Below are positions 39,008 to 48,821 of a stretch of DNA of 64,000 nucleotides, in pieces (positions within the stretch are counted from its first letter, which is position 1; the number at the start of each line of letters is the position of its first letter). Location of the stretch: contig JBBRSS010000001.1 in the NCBI GenBank assembly GCA_038245115.1, forward strand, positions 25,234 to 89,233, written 5' to 3'. The position numbers were made by a program, and so were the translations under genes. The notes under the pieces are model-generated. The model made no database searches and was not told the DNA's origin. It was given only the letters and a program-made list of their open reading frames with translations. The stretch is from Candidatus Saccharimonadia bacterium. GTDB taxonomy: Bacteria > Patescibacteriota > Saccharimonadia > UBA4664.

Positions 39008-39076
39008 TTATTTCTTAACGCGGATACGCTTGGTGAGGTTCACTTTGCGTGAACTACCTTGTACTTTGATGGACAT
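39008..39076 (-). CDS. Putative 22-aa basic micro-protein MSIKVQGSSRKVNLTKRIRVKK
   Basis: ATG directly follows the rsmH TAA; AAGGAGG SD lies inside the end of rsmH. Confidence 0.55.
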   Translation of the reverse strand: MSIKVQGSSRKVNLTKRIRVKK

Positions 39077-40003
39077 TTAGTCCCTCCTTTTGTTTTTGTT
39101 TATTTTTTCGGCGGCTCGGAGTTTTGCACTCCTTGCGCGCGGATTGATAGCAATTTCAGTGGAATCCCCTACGACGGGTTTCGCGGTAAGCTTCCTTAGG
39201 CTAGCTTCGTGCTTACAGGTACACACGGGCTGCTTTGGGGGGCAGATGCAATCGCGGGATTCTTGGTCAAAGAACTGTTTAACAATGCGGTCTTCCAACG
39301 AATGGAAACTGATGACAGCCAGTCTTCCGCCGGGGCTCAATAGTTTTATGAGCTTTGGCAGAGCTGCTGCGAGTTGATCTAGTTCTGAGTTAACTTCAAT
39401 GCGAATCGCCTGGAATGTCCGGGTTGCCGCATCAATATCGCCTTTGAGCGCTACAGTGCGAATAACCTTGGCAAGTTCGCCGGTAGTGGCAAACGGCCTG
39501 GCTGCGACAATCATTCTGGCGACAGCCCGAGCTTTTGGCTCTTCACCGTATGTCCGAATGATGTACTCCAGGTTCTTTTCGCTCATACGGTTGACAACAT
39601 CCGCTGCCGTATACGATTGCGATTGGTCCATCCGCATGTCCAAAGTGGCGTCAGCTTTGAAGCTAAATCCTCTCCCTGCATTGTCAATTTGTGGTGACGA
39701 CACTCCCAGATCCAGCAAAATCATGTCAACCAGCTGACCTTCGTCTAGGAGCCGCTGAGCGCCTTCAAGGTAATCTGAGTGCATAACATCTGCTTGATCT
39801 CCGAACCGCTCGTACAAAGCTCGTGTAGCTTGTGCGTCGCGGTCTACCAGTATCGCCTGCCCAGTCGGGCCCAGCAACTCAATTATTGGCGCCGCGTGGC
39901 CGCCATAACCGGCCGTGCCATCAAGATACGTCTCACCCTTTTGAGGGTTAAGAAGCTCTAAGACTTGGTCGAGCAATACAGGTTGGTGTGTTGGAGTGTT
40001 CAT
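39077..40003 (-). CDS. rsmH: 16S rRNA m4C1402 methyltransferase
   Basis: HQPVLL, DGTAGYGGH, DLGVSSPQ, FQAIRIEVN, ISFHSLEDR, NPRARSAKLR. Confidence 0.97.
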   Translation of the reverse strand: MNTPTHQPVLLDQVLELLNPQKGETYLDGTAGYGGHAAPIIELLGPTGQAILVDRDAQATRALYERFGDQADVMHSDYLEGAQRLLDEGQLVDMILLDLGVSSPQIDNAGRGFSFKADATLDMRMDQSQSYTAADVVNRMSEKNLEYIIRTYGEEPKARAVARMIVAARPFATTGELAKVIRTVALKGDIDAATRTFQAIRIEVNSELDQLAAALPKLIKLLSPGGRLAVISFHSLEDRIVKQFFDQESRDCICPPKQPVCTCKHEASLRKLTAKPVVGDSTEIAINPRARSAKLRAAEKINKNKRRD

Positions 40004-40323
40004 TTTCAAGGTCACCTATTCAGCAGCCAGCTTTTTATTTAAGCGTTTTTGTTTTTTGATTCGCTTTTTTTGACTCTAGCGAACAAGAGTGGAGTTTGCC
40101 AGGTCTCACTTGGAGTCCCGGCTAGTGTGGTAAGGAATTATCATTCAGTTCGAATTGATAATTCCTAAAAAAGAGTGTGTTGTGAGGTGGAGTTTACGAT
40201 CGGAAGTACGAGGCTGATTTTTGTAGCAGGAGCCTAAGGGCTGCCGTGCTGACTGCCGAATAGCTGCCTTTAAAATGTTTGTATTGGTTTTTGAAGGTTC
40301 TTTTTTTTGGTAAAAAACTAAAT

Positions 40324-40680
40324 TTAAGGTTTTGCGGTGAGGCGCCAGTATTTGCCTGCCCTTACCGCGGTCACTTCTTTGCCGATTCCTGCGTACTCAA
40401 GGAAGTGTTGCTCGATGGTAATCCGACCTTGCTTGGCATCCATGCCACTGATCGTCTTACCGCTTCTAAATTGAACGTTGAGATCGGCTGTACGCTCATC
40501 TAGGATATCACCTTTTAAGGCAAATTCCATCTCTTCGTTCCAGATTTTTTCAGTGTACAGATGCAGGTATTTAGCGAACCCCCTGGTAATAACCACTCGG
40601 CCACCTTCGAATTCATGACGTAACTCTGACGGAATCGTCAGGCGGTTCTTGTCATCAAGTTTTCTTTCGAAGAAGTCCAT
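40324..40680 (-). CDS. mraZ: dcw-cluster transcriptional regulator MraZ
   Basis: Two DxKxR motifs (LDDKNRL, MDAKQGRI); directly upstream of rsmH. Confidence 0.92.
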   Translation of the reverse strand: MDFFERKLDDKNRLTIPSELRHEFEGGRVVITRGFAKYLHLYTEKIWNEEMEFALKGDILDERTADLNVQFRSGKTISGMDAKQGRITIEQHFLEYAGIGKEVTAVRAGKYWRLTAKP

Positions 40681-40707
40681 ATTGTGATTCCTACCGTGGT
40701 GTGTGCT

Positions 40708-40754
40708 ACCCACTGCAACCCACTGAAGCCAGTATAATCCCCTATTCTACCCAC
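40708..40754 (-). promoter_or_regulatory. MraZ operator: GTGGG-like boxes at ~10-nt spacing
   Basis: CCCAC at 40709, 40719 and 40750 plus degenerate copies at 40729 and 40739. Confidence 0.7.
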
Positions 40755-40768
40755 TGTCTATAGTAATG

Positions 40769-40777
40769 TTATCCACA
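40769..40777 (+). promoter_or_regulatory. DnaA box upstream of mraZ
   Basis: Perfect TTATCCACA. Confidence 0.55.
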
Positions 40778-40809
40778 CATTAATCGAACGCTATTTGTCG
40801 TATTTTGGA

Positions 40810-40848
40810 CACAAATATACCCTCCCGAAATGGAAGGGTATATTTGTG
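40810..40848 (-). terminator. Hairpin ending the LPxTG protein transcript
   Basis: CACAAATATACCCTCC...GGAAGGGTATATTTGTG inverted repeat. Confidence 0.65.
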
Positions 40849-40930
40849 CTTATGCTCAGGCTAGCTGAGCCAAGGGCGCCAATTACACGTTACGGGGCCG
40901 AGACCCCGCAAGTGCAATTATCCAGGGCGA

Positions 40931-42178
40931 TTAGTCTTGGTCGGTCGGCTGACCCTTACCACGCAGGGCATCCAGTACAGACTTGCGCGAGCGCAGGTAA
41001 GCACGTGAGGCGTATCCAATAGCGGTCAATCCGGCTACGCCGCCGAATACGGTCTCGGGACCGGTAGCGGGCAGGCTAGCACTCAATACTTGACCGGTAG
41101 GCGTAGGCGTAGGTACGGGAGTCGGCGTTGAAGTCGGCCCGGTCACTATCACTTTGGCACTGCAAGCTTCGCTAACGGCAGTGATGCCGGCAGTCGTCTT
41201 AACTTGTGCGTGAACATTCCACGTGCCTTCACCAAGCGTATACTCGGTGAAATTCTGACTAGCGTTAATGTCCTTAACGTCTGGAGTCGTACTACCTCCC
41301 CCGCTCAGCTCACGGCTGACGGAGAAGCGATAACCCGAAATTTCAACATTCTCAACCTGGCTCTTGACCGTAAATCTAAACACATCAGGGTGGTTTACCT
41401 TATCGGTTTGGCTTGGGGTAAGCAGTACGCAAGCGAACGAATGTTCGGGTGCGGGCGTAGGCTTAGGGGTTGGAGTCGGAGTAGGCGTAGGCTTAGGGGT
41501 TGGAGTCGGTGCGGGTGTAGGCGTAGGTGTAGGTGTAGGTGTAGGCGTGGGTGTAGGCGTGGGCTTAGGGGTCGGAACTGGCGTCGGTGTCGGCGTCGGC
41601 TTAGGCGTAGGCTTAGGAGTAGGCTTAGGGGTCGGGGCTGGGGTCGGAGTTGGGTGAATTGTCGAATTTGCCCGTACCGGGTTACCGCACGACTTAATGA
41701 TCGCGTAGTGGAAAGTCCCACCCTCTATATCCACGTAGGCCGGAATAGAATTTGAGGCAAACGACACTGATGTCGCCCGCTCCCAAACGGTTCCGCTCTT
41801 AGTTGATCCGGCCATATAACTGCGACCGACGCTCTTTGCGCCAGTAGCTACGGTTTTACCGTTAACCTCAATGTGACCATCTTTAAAGACAGTCCCATCT
41901 ACGGTGGAGCTAGACAGAAAGTTAGCCTGGGTAATCCCGCGGCCTTCATTATAATAAATGTGCTTCAGGCTGGCAGACGAGTTCTTGGTATCGCCGTTCG
42001 TAACCTTGTTGAGCCATTCGGTTTTCGAATAAGCCCCGTTAAACATGACGGCATTAGCGTCCCTGTCGCGCGGCTGAGAGACGGCTGCGGCAATACCCGG
42101 AGCCACCAAACCCGCTACGATCAGCGTTAAAGCGAACAAGCGCGAAGCTTTTGTTCCTAATTTAGTAAAGATAGACAT
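40931..42178 (-). CDS. Secreted surface protein with a Pro/Thr linker and LPxTG sorting signal
   Basis: Signal peptide, (PT)n tract, LPATG + hydrophobic segment + basic tail. Confidence 0.85.
   Translation of the reverse strand: MSIFTKLGTKASRLFALTLIVAGLVAPGIAAAVSQPRDRDANAVMFNGAYSKTEWLNKVTNGDTKNSSASLKHIYYNEGRGITQANFLSSSTVDGTVFKDGHIEVNGKTVATGAKSVGRSYMAGSTKSGTVWERATSVSFASNSIPAYVDIEGGTFHYAIIKSCGNPVRANSTIHPTPTPAPTPKPTPKPTPKPTPTPTPVPTPKPTPTPTPTPTPTPTPTPAPTPTPKPTPTPTPTPKPTPAPEHSFACVLLTPSQTDKVNHPDVFRFTVKSQVENVEISGYRFSVSRELSGGGSTTPDVKDINASQNFTEYTLGEGTWNVHAQVKTTAGITAVSEACSAKVIVTGPTSTPTPVPTPTPTGQVLSASLPATGPETVFGGVAGLTAIGYASRAYLRSRKSVLDALRGKGQPTDQD
41449..41655 (-). repeat. 6-bp-period tandem repeat encoding (PT/PK/PA)n
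   Basis: GGCGTA/GGTGTA/GGCTTA arrays including a duplicated ~24-bp block. Confidence 0.9.
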
Positions 42179-42340
42179 TATTTTGGCTCCTTATTATAAG
42201 TGACATGAATTGAAAAACCGATGAGTTTATCGCGGGTTCCCAGATCACAACATCTAGATGAAACACTGTAGCACAATATATCAATCATGTCAATACTTAA
42301 CGGCTATGGTTACTTAAGCGGCGCCATTGTTTATAGAGCT

Positions 42341-43618
42341 CTAATTAAAATTCAGCTGTTTCGCATAAACGCCTACCGCGTCATCATTTAAGCGACCAAG
42401 TAAACTCAAACCCGTGCTATTCGTATCGACTATCATTTGGGCGACCCGAGCAACATCATCAAGACTTACCGTACGCAACCGAGCCAATTCAACATCGAAA
42501 TCCCTGATCTCGTCCGTATCGTCATATCTGTCGATATACCAATTTAATACATCGCCCGCAGTTTGCGTCGACCTGGTAATTGAGCCCACGAGCAAGTTCT
42601 GAGCCGCTTCAAGCTCGCCGGCAGTAGCCTCGCCCGAACCAACTTCACGCATATTCCGGTTAATAACCTCATACAACGCCTTAGCATTTGGCTCTGTAAC
42701 ATATCCGGTGAATCCAAAAGTACTATTACCCGGCTCACTATAAGCCATCGCACCTACCGAATACGCCAGACCGCGCCTTCTGGCCTCGCCAAGCACCCTG
42801 GAACCCATTCCTCCGACCAACAACATCCGCAACAATGCCAATGCCGCCTGTTGACCAATATTAAGCTCACCAAAATACATCCCGGTCCGATAATATATCT
42901 GCTCAATATCGCGCTTAGTCACAATTGGCTCCTCCACCCTCAATCCCCTGTCACGGATCAGTTCCAATCGCTTGCCACGTGGCAACCGCGCAAATATCTG
43001 CTCAAATCGATCCGCCACCGCCCGACCGCCATCAGCAAAACCGCCCGAAACATAAAACCTGGCATTACGCGCCGTATGAGTGGCATAATAGTGACCTTCC
43101 AGCTGCTCCAGCTTAATAGCGTCCAACTGGGCAATCCGCTCTTCGTAGCCCTTCCACTGCTTCGGAAAAGCTTGCTCAGACAACTTAATTGCACAGACCG
43201 ACATGTGCTGGGTGGTATTGCGGGTCAGCTCCTCCCGTACATTGCTTTTTTCGGCCACAAACGGCTCGTCGGCAAATAATGGCTCAGTTACCTGCTCCTC
43301 GATCAAATCCATGATTCGGTCCAACTCAAAGTTAGCGAATTCATAAATATAATCATTCGTATCGGCGCTGGTTGACGCATTACCATAAGCACCGTTCTTC
43401 TGCACGTCAATCATGAATGCATTGGGCTCAGCATGCCGCTTCGTCACGGTAGCCAACAAGTGTTCCATAATGTGCGCGACCTCATATGCACCAGGCTCGC
43501 AAAACTGGAAACCTGAACGAAATGACACCCGCACGTTCACCACTGTACTCCCGGGCACATCGACCACCAGCCCCTTGGCCCCGCTCGCTAATTTGTGCTC
43601 ATGCACGGTATGTTTCAT
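42341..43618 (-). CDS. M16 family zinc peptidase
   Basis: Inverted zincin HIMEH, NAST, SRV...RRRGLAY. Confidence 0.9.
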   Translation of the reverse strand: MKHTVHEHKLASGAKGLVVDVPGSTVVNVRVSFRSGFQFCEPGAYEVAHIMEHLLATVTKRHAEPNAFMIDVQKNGAYGNASTSADTNDYIYEFANFELDRIMDLIEEQVTEPLFADEPFVAEKSNVREELTRNTTQHMSVCAIKLSEQAFPKQWKGYEERIAQLDAIKLEQLEGHYYATHTARNARFYVSGGFADGGRAVADRFEQIFARLPRGKRLELIRDRGLRVEEPIVTKRDIEQIYYRTGMYFGELNIGQQAALALLRMLLVGGMGSRVLGEARRRGLAYSVGAMAYSEPGNSTFGFTGYVTEPNAKALYEVINRNMREVGSGEATAGELEAAQNLLVGSITRSTQTAGDVLNWYIDRYDDTDEIRDFDVELARLRTVSLDDVARVAQMIVDTNSTGLSLLGRLNDDAVGVYAKQLNFN

Positions 43619-43636
43619 ATATTTTCCTCGCGCTAC

Positions 43637-44458
43637 TTACTTACCCGTTACTATTCCACCCAATAATCGCAACCATAAAGCTTCCGGCAGCCAGCGCCGA
43701 GCATATCCGAGGTATCGGGCCTGGCCTAAAGGATATCGCAACTTGAACGACCTCCCCGTTGCAGCTCTAAATATTGTTGTCGCCACGATATCAACTGACA
43801 ACCCGTGATTTGCCAAATTTACTCCATAAACTTCATCTGTCGGCTGCCCCTTTGCTGACGATGACAACCCGCGCACCGCTCCAAACCTTAAGCTTGACCA
43901 AAATCCCGTGTTTACACCGCTAGGTTCAACTAATTTTACCTTAATGTTACTAGGTGCTAGCTCCATAGCCAATGACTCGAACATCCCCTCGAGGGCAAAC
44001 TTTGACGCCGCATATAGGCTGTACCCCGAAAATCCCATTATTCCCGACAAGCTCGAAACGCCAACAATTGCCCCGTAACCCTGCTGCTTCATCAATGGCA
44101 CTGTATGCCGAACAAGCTCGGCCGGAGCCAGAGTATTAACTATCATTTGTTCGTTCATTTGAGCATAATCCAACGTTTCTATTCGACCCACAAGCCCATA
44201 GCCGGCATTACATACGAGCACATCCAGTCGACCATATGTTCGCCACGCGGTTCCTACTACCCGCGCAAGATCCCTAGGCTTGAGCATATCCGCGATTTGA
44301 AAATCAAACTGCATCCCCCTGAGGGAGGCCGAACGCACCCTTCCCCGCACCGTTCCAACAACAATCCAGCCATCCGCGGCAAACCGTTTTGCCGTAGCCA
44401 AACCAATGCCACCCGATACACCCGTTATTAGCACCACCGGCTTGGATGCACGTTTCAT
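43637..44458 (-). CDS. Short-chain dehydrogenase/reductase
   Basis: TGVSGGIG, NAG, YAASK. Confidence 0.93.
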   Translation of the reverse strand: MKRASKPVVLITGVSGGIGLATAKRFAADGWIVVGTVRGRVRSASLRGMQFDFQIADMLKPRDLARVVGTAWRTYGRLDVLVCNAGYGLVGRIETLDYAQMNEQMIVNTLAPAELVRHTVPLMKQQGYGAIVGVSSLSGIMGFSGYSLYAASKFALEGMFESLAMELAPSNIKVKLVEPSGVNTGFWSSLRFGAVRGLSSSAKGQPTDEVYGVNLANHGLSVDIVATTIFRAATGRSFKLRYPLGQARYLGYARRWLPEALWLRLLGGIVTGK

Positions 44459-44461
44459 CTT

Positions 44462-45748
44462 TTAAACCTCAGCCAAAACCGTAGCCTTAAATTGATCGCC
44501 TCGGTCCTTATAATTTCTAAATAATCCAAACGACGCACAGGCCGGGGACAACAATACGACGTCACCAGGCCTGGCCGCCTTCCGCGCCGCTCCGACAATC
44601 GCCGCCATCGTTACGCCGCCGTCTCTCACTCGAGTGTACCCTGCTTCTGCCAACTCGGCTCGCAACACCCCCGCCATCTCGCCGATCAAGATGACCTCAC
44701 GAACATCCCCTTGCGCAACGCCCTTAATCAATTCCCTATAATCAGATTTTTTATCCGAGCCACCAAGTATCAATACCTTAGGGCCGTCAAACGATGCCAC
44801 TGCCGCCATTGCCGTTTCGGGCGTAGTCGAAAACGAATCATCATAGTATTGAACGTCATCTATTTCTCGAACAAATTCTAAGCGATGTTCTAGCCCCTTA
44901 AAGCCACTGATTGCGCGTCGTATCGCCACCGTTTCAACCCCGCCAACTTCATGAGCCGCCGTTACCGCCGCACAAATATTCTCCAGATTATGCCGCCCGA
45001 TCAGCCCCGTATCGCAAGTTGCACAAATAGCGTCTTCGCCCAGCATCACGTTACCGTCCTTCACATATGCCCCCGGAGGGCTCATGTACGGAATTTTTCT
45101 TCCCGGCGACAACAGAGCTATTTGAGTAGAAAAATCATTACCGACATTAAAGACCGCTATATCCGTTGGCCGTTGATGCCAAAATAAATTGCCCTTAGCT
45201 GCCACGTACTCACGAATGCCGCTATGCCAATCCATGTGCTCCGCCACCACCATCAAACAAACCGCAATATGCGGGCTGGCATCTAAGTCCATGAGCTGAA
45301 AACTTGATAATTCGAGCACCACAATATCACTGGCCTTCACTTTGGCCAAAAAATCCAATGGCGAACGGCCAATATTGCCGCCCAGCCAAACACGCTTGCC
45401 CGCCTCCTCCAGAATTCTGACTATCAAACTTGCGGTAGTCCCCTTCCCTTTCGTACCCGTCACCCCAATAATTCTAGCTGGGCACTTCTGAAAAAACTCA
45501 TTTGTACCAGTAGTAACGGTCGTCTTGGTCTTGATGTCGTTCGGATTTACTCCTGGAGAACGCACAACCAAATCGTATTCATTCAAACCCTTTAAATAAT
45601 CGGCGCCGAGCACAGTCTGAACTCCCTTTGGAGCCGATATATCCGTCGACTTATCACGAATAGTCACGCTCGAGCCAAGCTCACTCCAATATCGAGCGGC
45701 AGCCATTCCCTCGATGCCGCCGCCAATAATGGCTACATTCATCTTCAT
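44462..45748 (-). CDS. murD: UDP-MurNAc-L-Ala--D-Glu ligase
   Basis: GVTGTKGKGTT, ELSSFQL, HMDWH, HRLE, LLSPACASFGLFRNYKDRG. Confidence 0.96.
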   Translation of the reverse strand: MKMNVAIIGGGIEGMAAARYWSELGSSVTIRDKSTDISAPKGVQTVLGADYLKGLNEYDLVVRSPGVNPNDIKTKTTVTTGTNEFFQKCPARIIGVTGTKGKGTTASLIVRILEEAGKRVWLGGNIGRSPLDFLAKVKASDIVVLELSSFQLMDLDASPHIAVCLMVVAEHMDWHSGIREYVAAKGNLFWHQRPTDIAVFNVGNDFSTQIALLSPGRKIPYMSPPGAYVKDGNVMLGEDAICATCDTGLIGRHNLENICAAVTAAHEVGGVETVAIRRAISGFKGLEHRLEFVREIDDVQYYDDSFSTTPETAMAAVASFDGPKVLILGGSDKKSDYRELIKGVAQGDVREVILIGEMAGVLRAELAEAGYTRVRDGGVTMAAIVGAARKAARPGDVVLLSPACASFGLFRNYKDRGDQFKATVLAEV

Positions 45749-48336
45749 CGGCGCTTTTTGTGCTTTTTTGTCGCCGAAGGCTGCCCAATCGGCCGCGTTT
45801 TAGCGCGGCGCTCCGAACGCGACACACCCTGAGTTGGAGGCGAAATTCCATCCATTGCCGCATTGGTTTGGGCTTGCTCGGCCGCCCGCGTTAGCGCGGT
45901 CTCCACCGGAGCCGACTCGGGCGGTAGTTCTTGTTGCACTGTCACCTTAAAGATAGTTGTAGCTACGTCAGCGTCCAACAGCGAAATCAGATGCTTAAAG
46001 ACCCTGAACCCCTCCCGCTTGTACTCCACCAACGGATCGCGTTGGCCAATAGCGCGCAGCCCAATCCCATTCCTGAGACTATCCATGGCCTCCAAGTGTT
46101 CTATCCACAGCCGATCAAGAGCATTAATGTAGGTATAACGCTCAACCATCCGCATTGCTCCTGGAGGGAACTCGTTTGTCCGAGCCTCGTATAGGGCATT
46201 TGCCTCAGCCATCACCAAATCAGTCACTTCCGTATCATGAGCCCGCCGTAGCGTATCCGCCATTTCGTCGGAAACGGGCAAAATACTTCCGATCGCTTCC
46301 CGCAAGGCATCATGGTCGCGCTCACTAGTGCGGCTATCAGTATGGGCCTGCAGCATAGCCGCAACTTCTCCCTGGATCATCTCAAGAATATCGTCCTTAA
46401 GGCTTTCGGCGGCCAGCGCCTTACGGCGACGAGCATAAATCACTTCACGGTGCCGGTTCATTACATCATCGTATTCAACCAATTGTTTACGGGTATCAAA
46501 GTTGTGGCCTTCCACCTTCTTCTGAGCGCTCTCTAGTGATCTGGAAACCAGCTTATTTTCAATGGGAGTCTCGTCGTCAAGACCGAGCGAATCCATAATT
46601 GACGCTATCTTATCCGACCCGAAAATTCGCATCAAATCATCTTCGAGCGAAACGTAAAACTGACTCGAACCAGGATCGCCCTGACGACCACTACGGCCGC
46701 GTAGCTGGTTATCGATCCGCCTCGATTCATGCCGCTCCGTACCCAGCACATGCAGCCCGCCTAGCTCGGCCACACCCTCTTCGAGCACGATGTCCGTACC
46801 GCGACCGGCGATGTTCGTCGCCAGCGTCACAGCGCCGCGCCGACCGGCTCCGGAGATGATCTCGGCCTCAGCCTCGTTATTCTTGGCATTCAAAATCTGG
46901 TGAGTCACCCCGAGTTCGTTCAAATATTGGCTCAGTAGCTCGTTCTTGGCGATCGAAACCGTACCAATCAGCACCGGCTGTCCCTTGGCGTGCATCTGCG
47001 CCACCTCTTTGGCCACCGACCGAAATTTGCCGTCTTCGGTCTTATAGATGCGGTCCGGGTGGTCCTTACGAACCATCTTTTGATGCGTCGGAATTGTTAC
47101 CACATCCAGATTATAAATTTTACTAAATTCTTCGACCTCAGTTGCGGCCGTTCCTGTCATACCCGACAGTTTCTTGTATAGACGAAAATAATTCTGGAAC
47201 GTAATAGTCGCCAACGTCAAAGATTCTTGCTGAATCTTCACCCCTTCCTTGGCCTCAACTGCCTGGTGCAGCCCCTCGCTCCACCGTCGACCCGGCATCA
47301 ACCGGCCCGTAAACTCATCAACAATAATAATTTCGCCGTCACGTACCACATAGTCGCGGTCCCGCAGATATAACGCCCGCGCTCGAACCGATTGCTCAAT
47401 ATGATGCACATCGTCAATTCGCCCCGCCTCATACACGTTTTCCACCCCCAACGCTCGTTCCACTGCTTCAATACCGTTGTCGCTCAACGATACAGCTTTG
47501 AGCTTTTCATCAAGTGTGTAGTCCGTCTCAGGATCCAGCGTTCCAGCCAACCTGGCAAATTCGTAATATTTATCGGTCGCCTCATTGGCCGGTGCCGAAA
47601 TAATTAACGGCGTCCTGGCCTCATCTATCAAGATTGAGTCGACCTCGTCAACAATGGCATAATGCAGCGGCCGCTGAACCATCCGGGTTAGATCATCCAC
47701 CATATTATCTCGCAGGTAGTCGAACCCAAACTCGTTATTTGTCCCGTACGTTATATCGGCTGCGTAAGCCTCGCCTCTCGTAACCGGCCGCAAATGATTC
47801 AACCTTTCATCGCCATGCTCTTCGCTGTTGTACTCGGGATCGTAAATATACGCCGCGTCATGCACAATTACGCCGGTCGACATACCGAGCGCCAAGTATA
47901 CCCGCCCCATCCATCCGCTATGAAGGCTAGCCAAATAATCGTTAACCGTCACCACGTGAGCTCCCTTGCCAGCCAAAGCGTTGAGGTACGTCGGTGCGGT
48001 TGCCACCAGCGTCTTACCTTCACCCGTGCGCATCTCCGCTATCCGGCCGCTATGCAGCACAATTCCACCAACCATTTGTACGTCAAAATGACGCATCCCC
48101 ACCACGCGCACTGCCGCTTCGCGCACCGCCGCAAATGCTTCCGGCAATATATGCTCAAGGGTTTCGCCTTTCTCTAGACGTCCCTTCAGCTTTACCGTCA
48201 CATCCTTAAGCTGCTCGTCGGAGAGCTTTTTCATATCATCTTCGTGGGCGTTTACGCGCACCACAATCACCTGCGCACGCTTAACTTCGCGCACATGTGG
48301 GTCACCCAATATTTTCGTCAATAGTTTATATGCCAT
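45745..48336 (-). CDS. secA: Preprotein translocase ATPase SecA
   Basis: EMRTGEGKT, VDEVDSILIDEARTP, HESRRIDNQLRGRSGRQG. Confidence 0.98.
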   Translation of the reverse strand: MAYKLLTKILGDPHVREVKRAQVIVVRVNAHEDDMKKLSDEQLKDVTVKLKGRLEKGETLEHILPEAFAAVREAAVRVVGMRHFDVQMVGGIVLHSGRIAEMRTGEGKTLVATAPTYLNALAGKGAHVVTVNDYLASLHSGWMGRVYLALGMSTGVIVHDAAYIYDPEYNSEEHGDERLNHLRPVTRGEAYAADITYGTNNEFGFDYLRDNMVDDLTRMVQRPLHYAIVDEVDSILIDEARTPLIISAPANEATDKYYEFARLAGTLDPETDYTLDEKLKAVSLSDNGIEAVERALGVENVYEAGRIDDVHHIEQSVRARALYLRDRDYVVRDGEIIIVDEFTGRLMPGRRWSEGLHQAVEAKEGVKIQQESLTLATITFQNYFRLYKKLSGMTGTAATEVEEFSKIYNLDVVTIPTHQKMVRKDHPDRIYKTEDGKFRSVAKEVAQMHAKGQPVLIGTVSIAKNELLSQYLNELGVTHQILNAKNNEAEAEIISGAGRRGAVTLATNIAGRGTDIVLEEGVAELGGLHVLGTERHESRRIDNQLRGRSGRQGDPGSSQFYVSLEDDLMRIFGSDKIASIMDSLGLDDETPIENKLVSRSLESAQKKVEGHNFDTRKQLVEYDDVMNRHREVIYARRRKALAAESLKDDILEMIQGEVAAMLQAHTDSRTSERDHDALREAIGSILPVSDEMADTLRRAHDTEVTDLVMAEANALYEARTNEFPPGAMRMVERYTYINALDRLWIEHLEAMDSLRNGIGLRAIGQRDPLVEYKREGFRVFKHLISLLDADVATTIFKVTVQQELPPESAPVETALTRAAEQAQTNAAMDGISPPTQGVSRSERRAKTRPIGQPSATKKHKKRR

Positions 48337-48413
48337 AGTTCTTGTCAATCAAAGCCAATACTTAAAGTGAACGCTTCTTAGTGTACCACTGTGCTGCGCC
48401 CAACAAGCAGTAT

Positions 48414-48821
48414 TTACTCTACGGATGCGTCCGGGCTTGCCTCCGACTCAACCGTTGGTGCCGTCCGTCGGCCCAACCACTGCGACAACATCCTCCCGCG
48501 CCTCGGCTCCAGCGCCTTTTTGTTTTTATAGGTTGCCAGCTGCGACCTCAACTTGGCCGCCACAATATCTATGGCGGCGTAAATATTCACGGTCCCCTCT
48601 CGGCTCACCATCGTAGTGCCCTGAACCTTTATCACCACTTCGCAGACGTAGCGGTTATCTTCGCGCCCGCTAACATCATCCTCCAGCACCACCGCGCAAC
48701 TCACTGTCTCACGGACCTTACGCGGCAAGTATTTGCCCAACCCGCCGATTTTTTCGTCAACATAATCCCGCATTTTAGCTTCAACTTCAAAGTTCCTGCT
48801 GGTAACATCGCACTTCATCAT
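48414..48821 (-). CDS. hpf: Ribosome hibernation factor HPF/RaiA
   Basis: YVDEKIG.L.KY, IYAAIDIV..KL; upstream of secA. Confidence 0.88.
   Translation of the reverse strand: MMKCDVTSRNFEVEAKMRDYVDEKIGGLGKYLPRKVRETVSCAVVLEDDVSGREDNRYVCEVVIKVQGTTMVSREGTVNIYAAIDIVAAKLRSQLATYKNKKALEPRRGRMLSQWLGRRTAPTVESEASPDASVE

Noticed and set aside
41204-41755. Antisense ORFs with (GV)n or (RC)n repeats
   Set aside because: Shadows of the PT-repeat tract on the coding strand.
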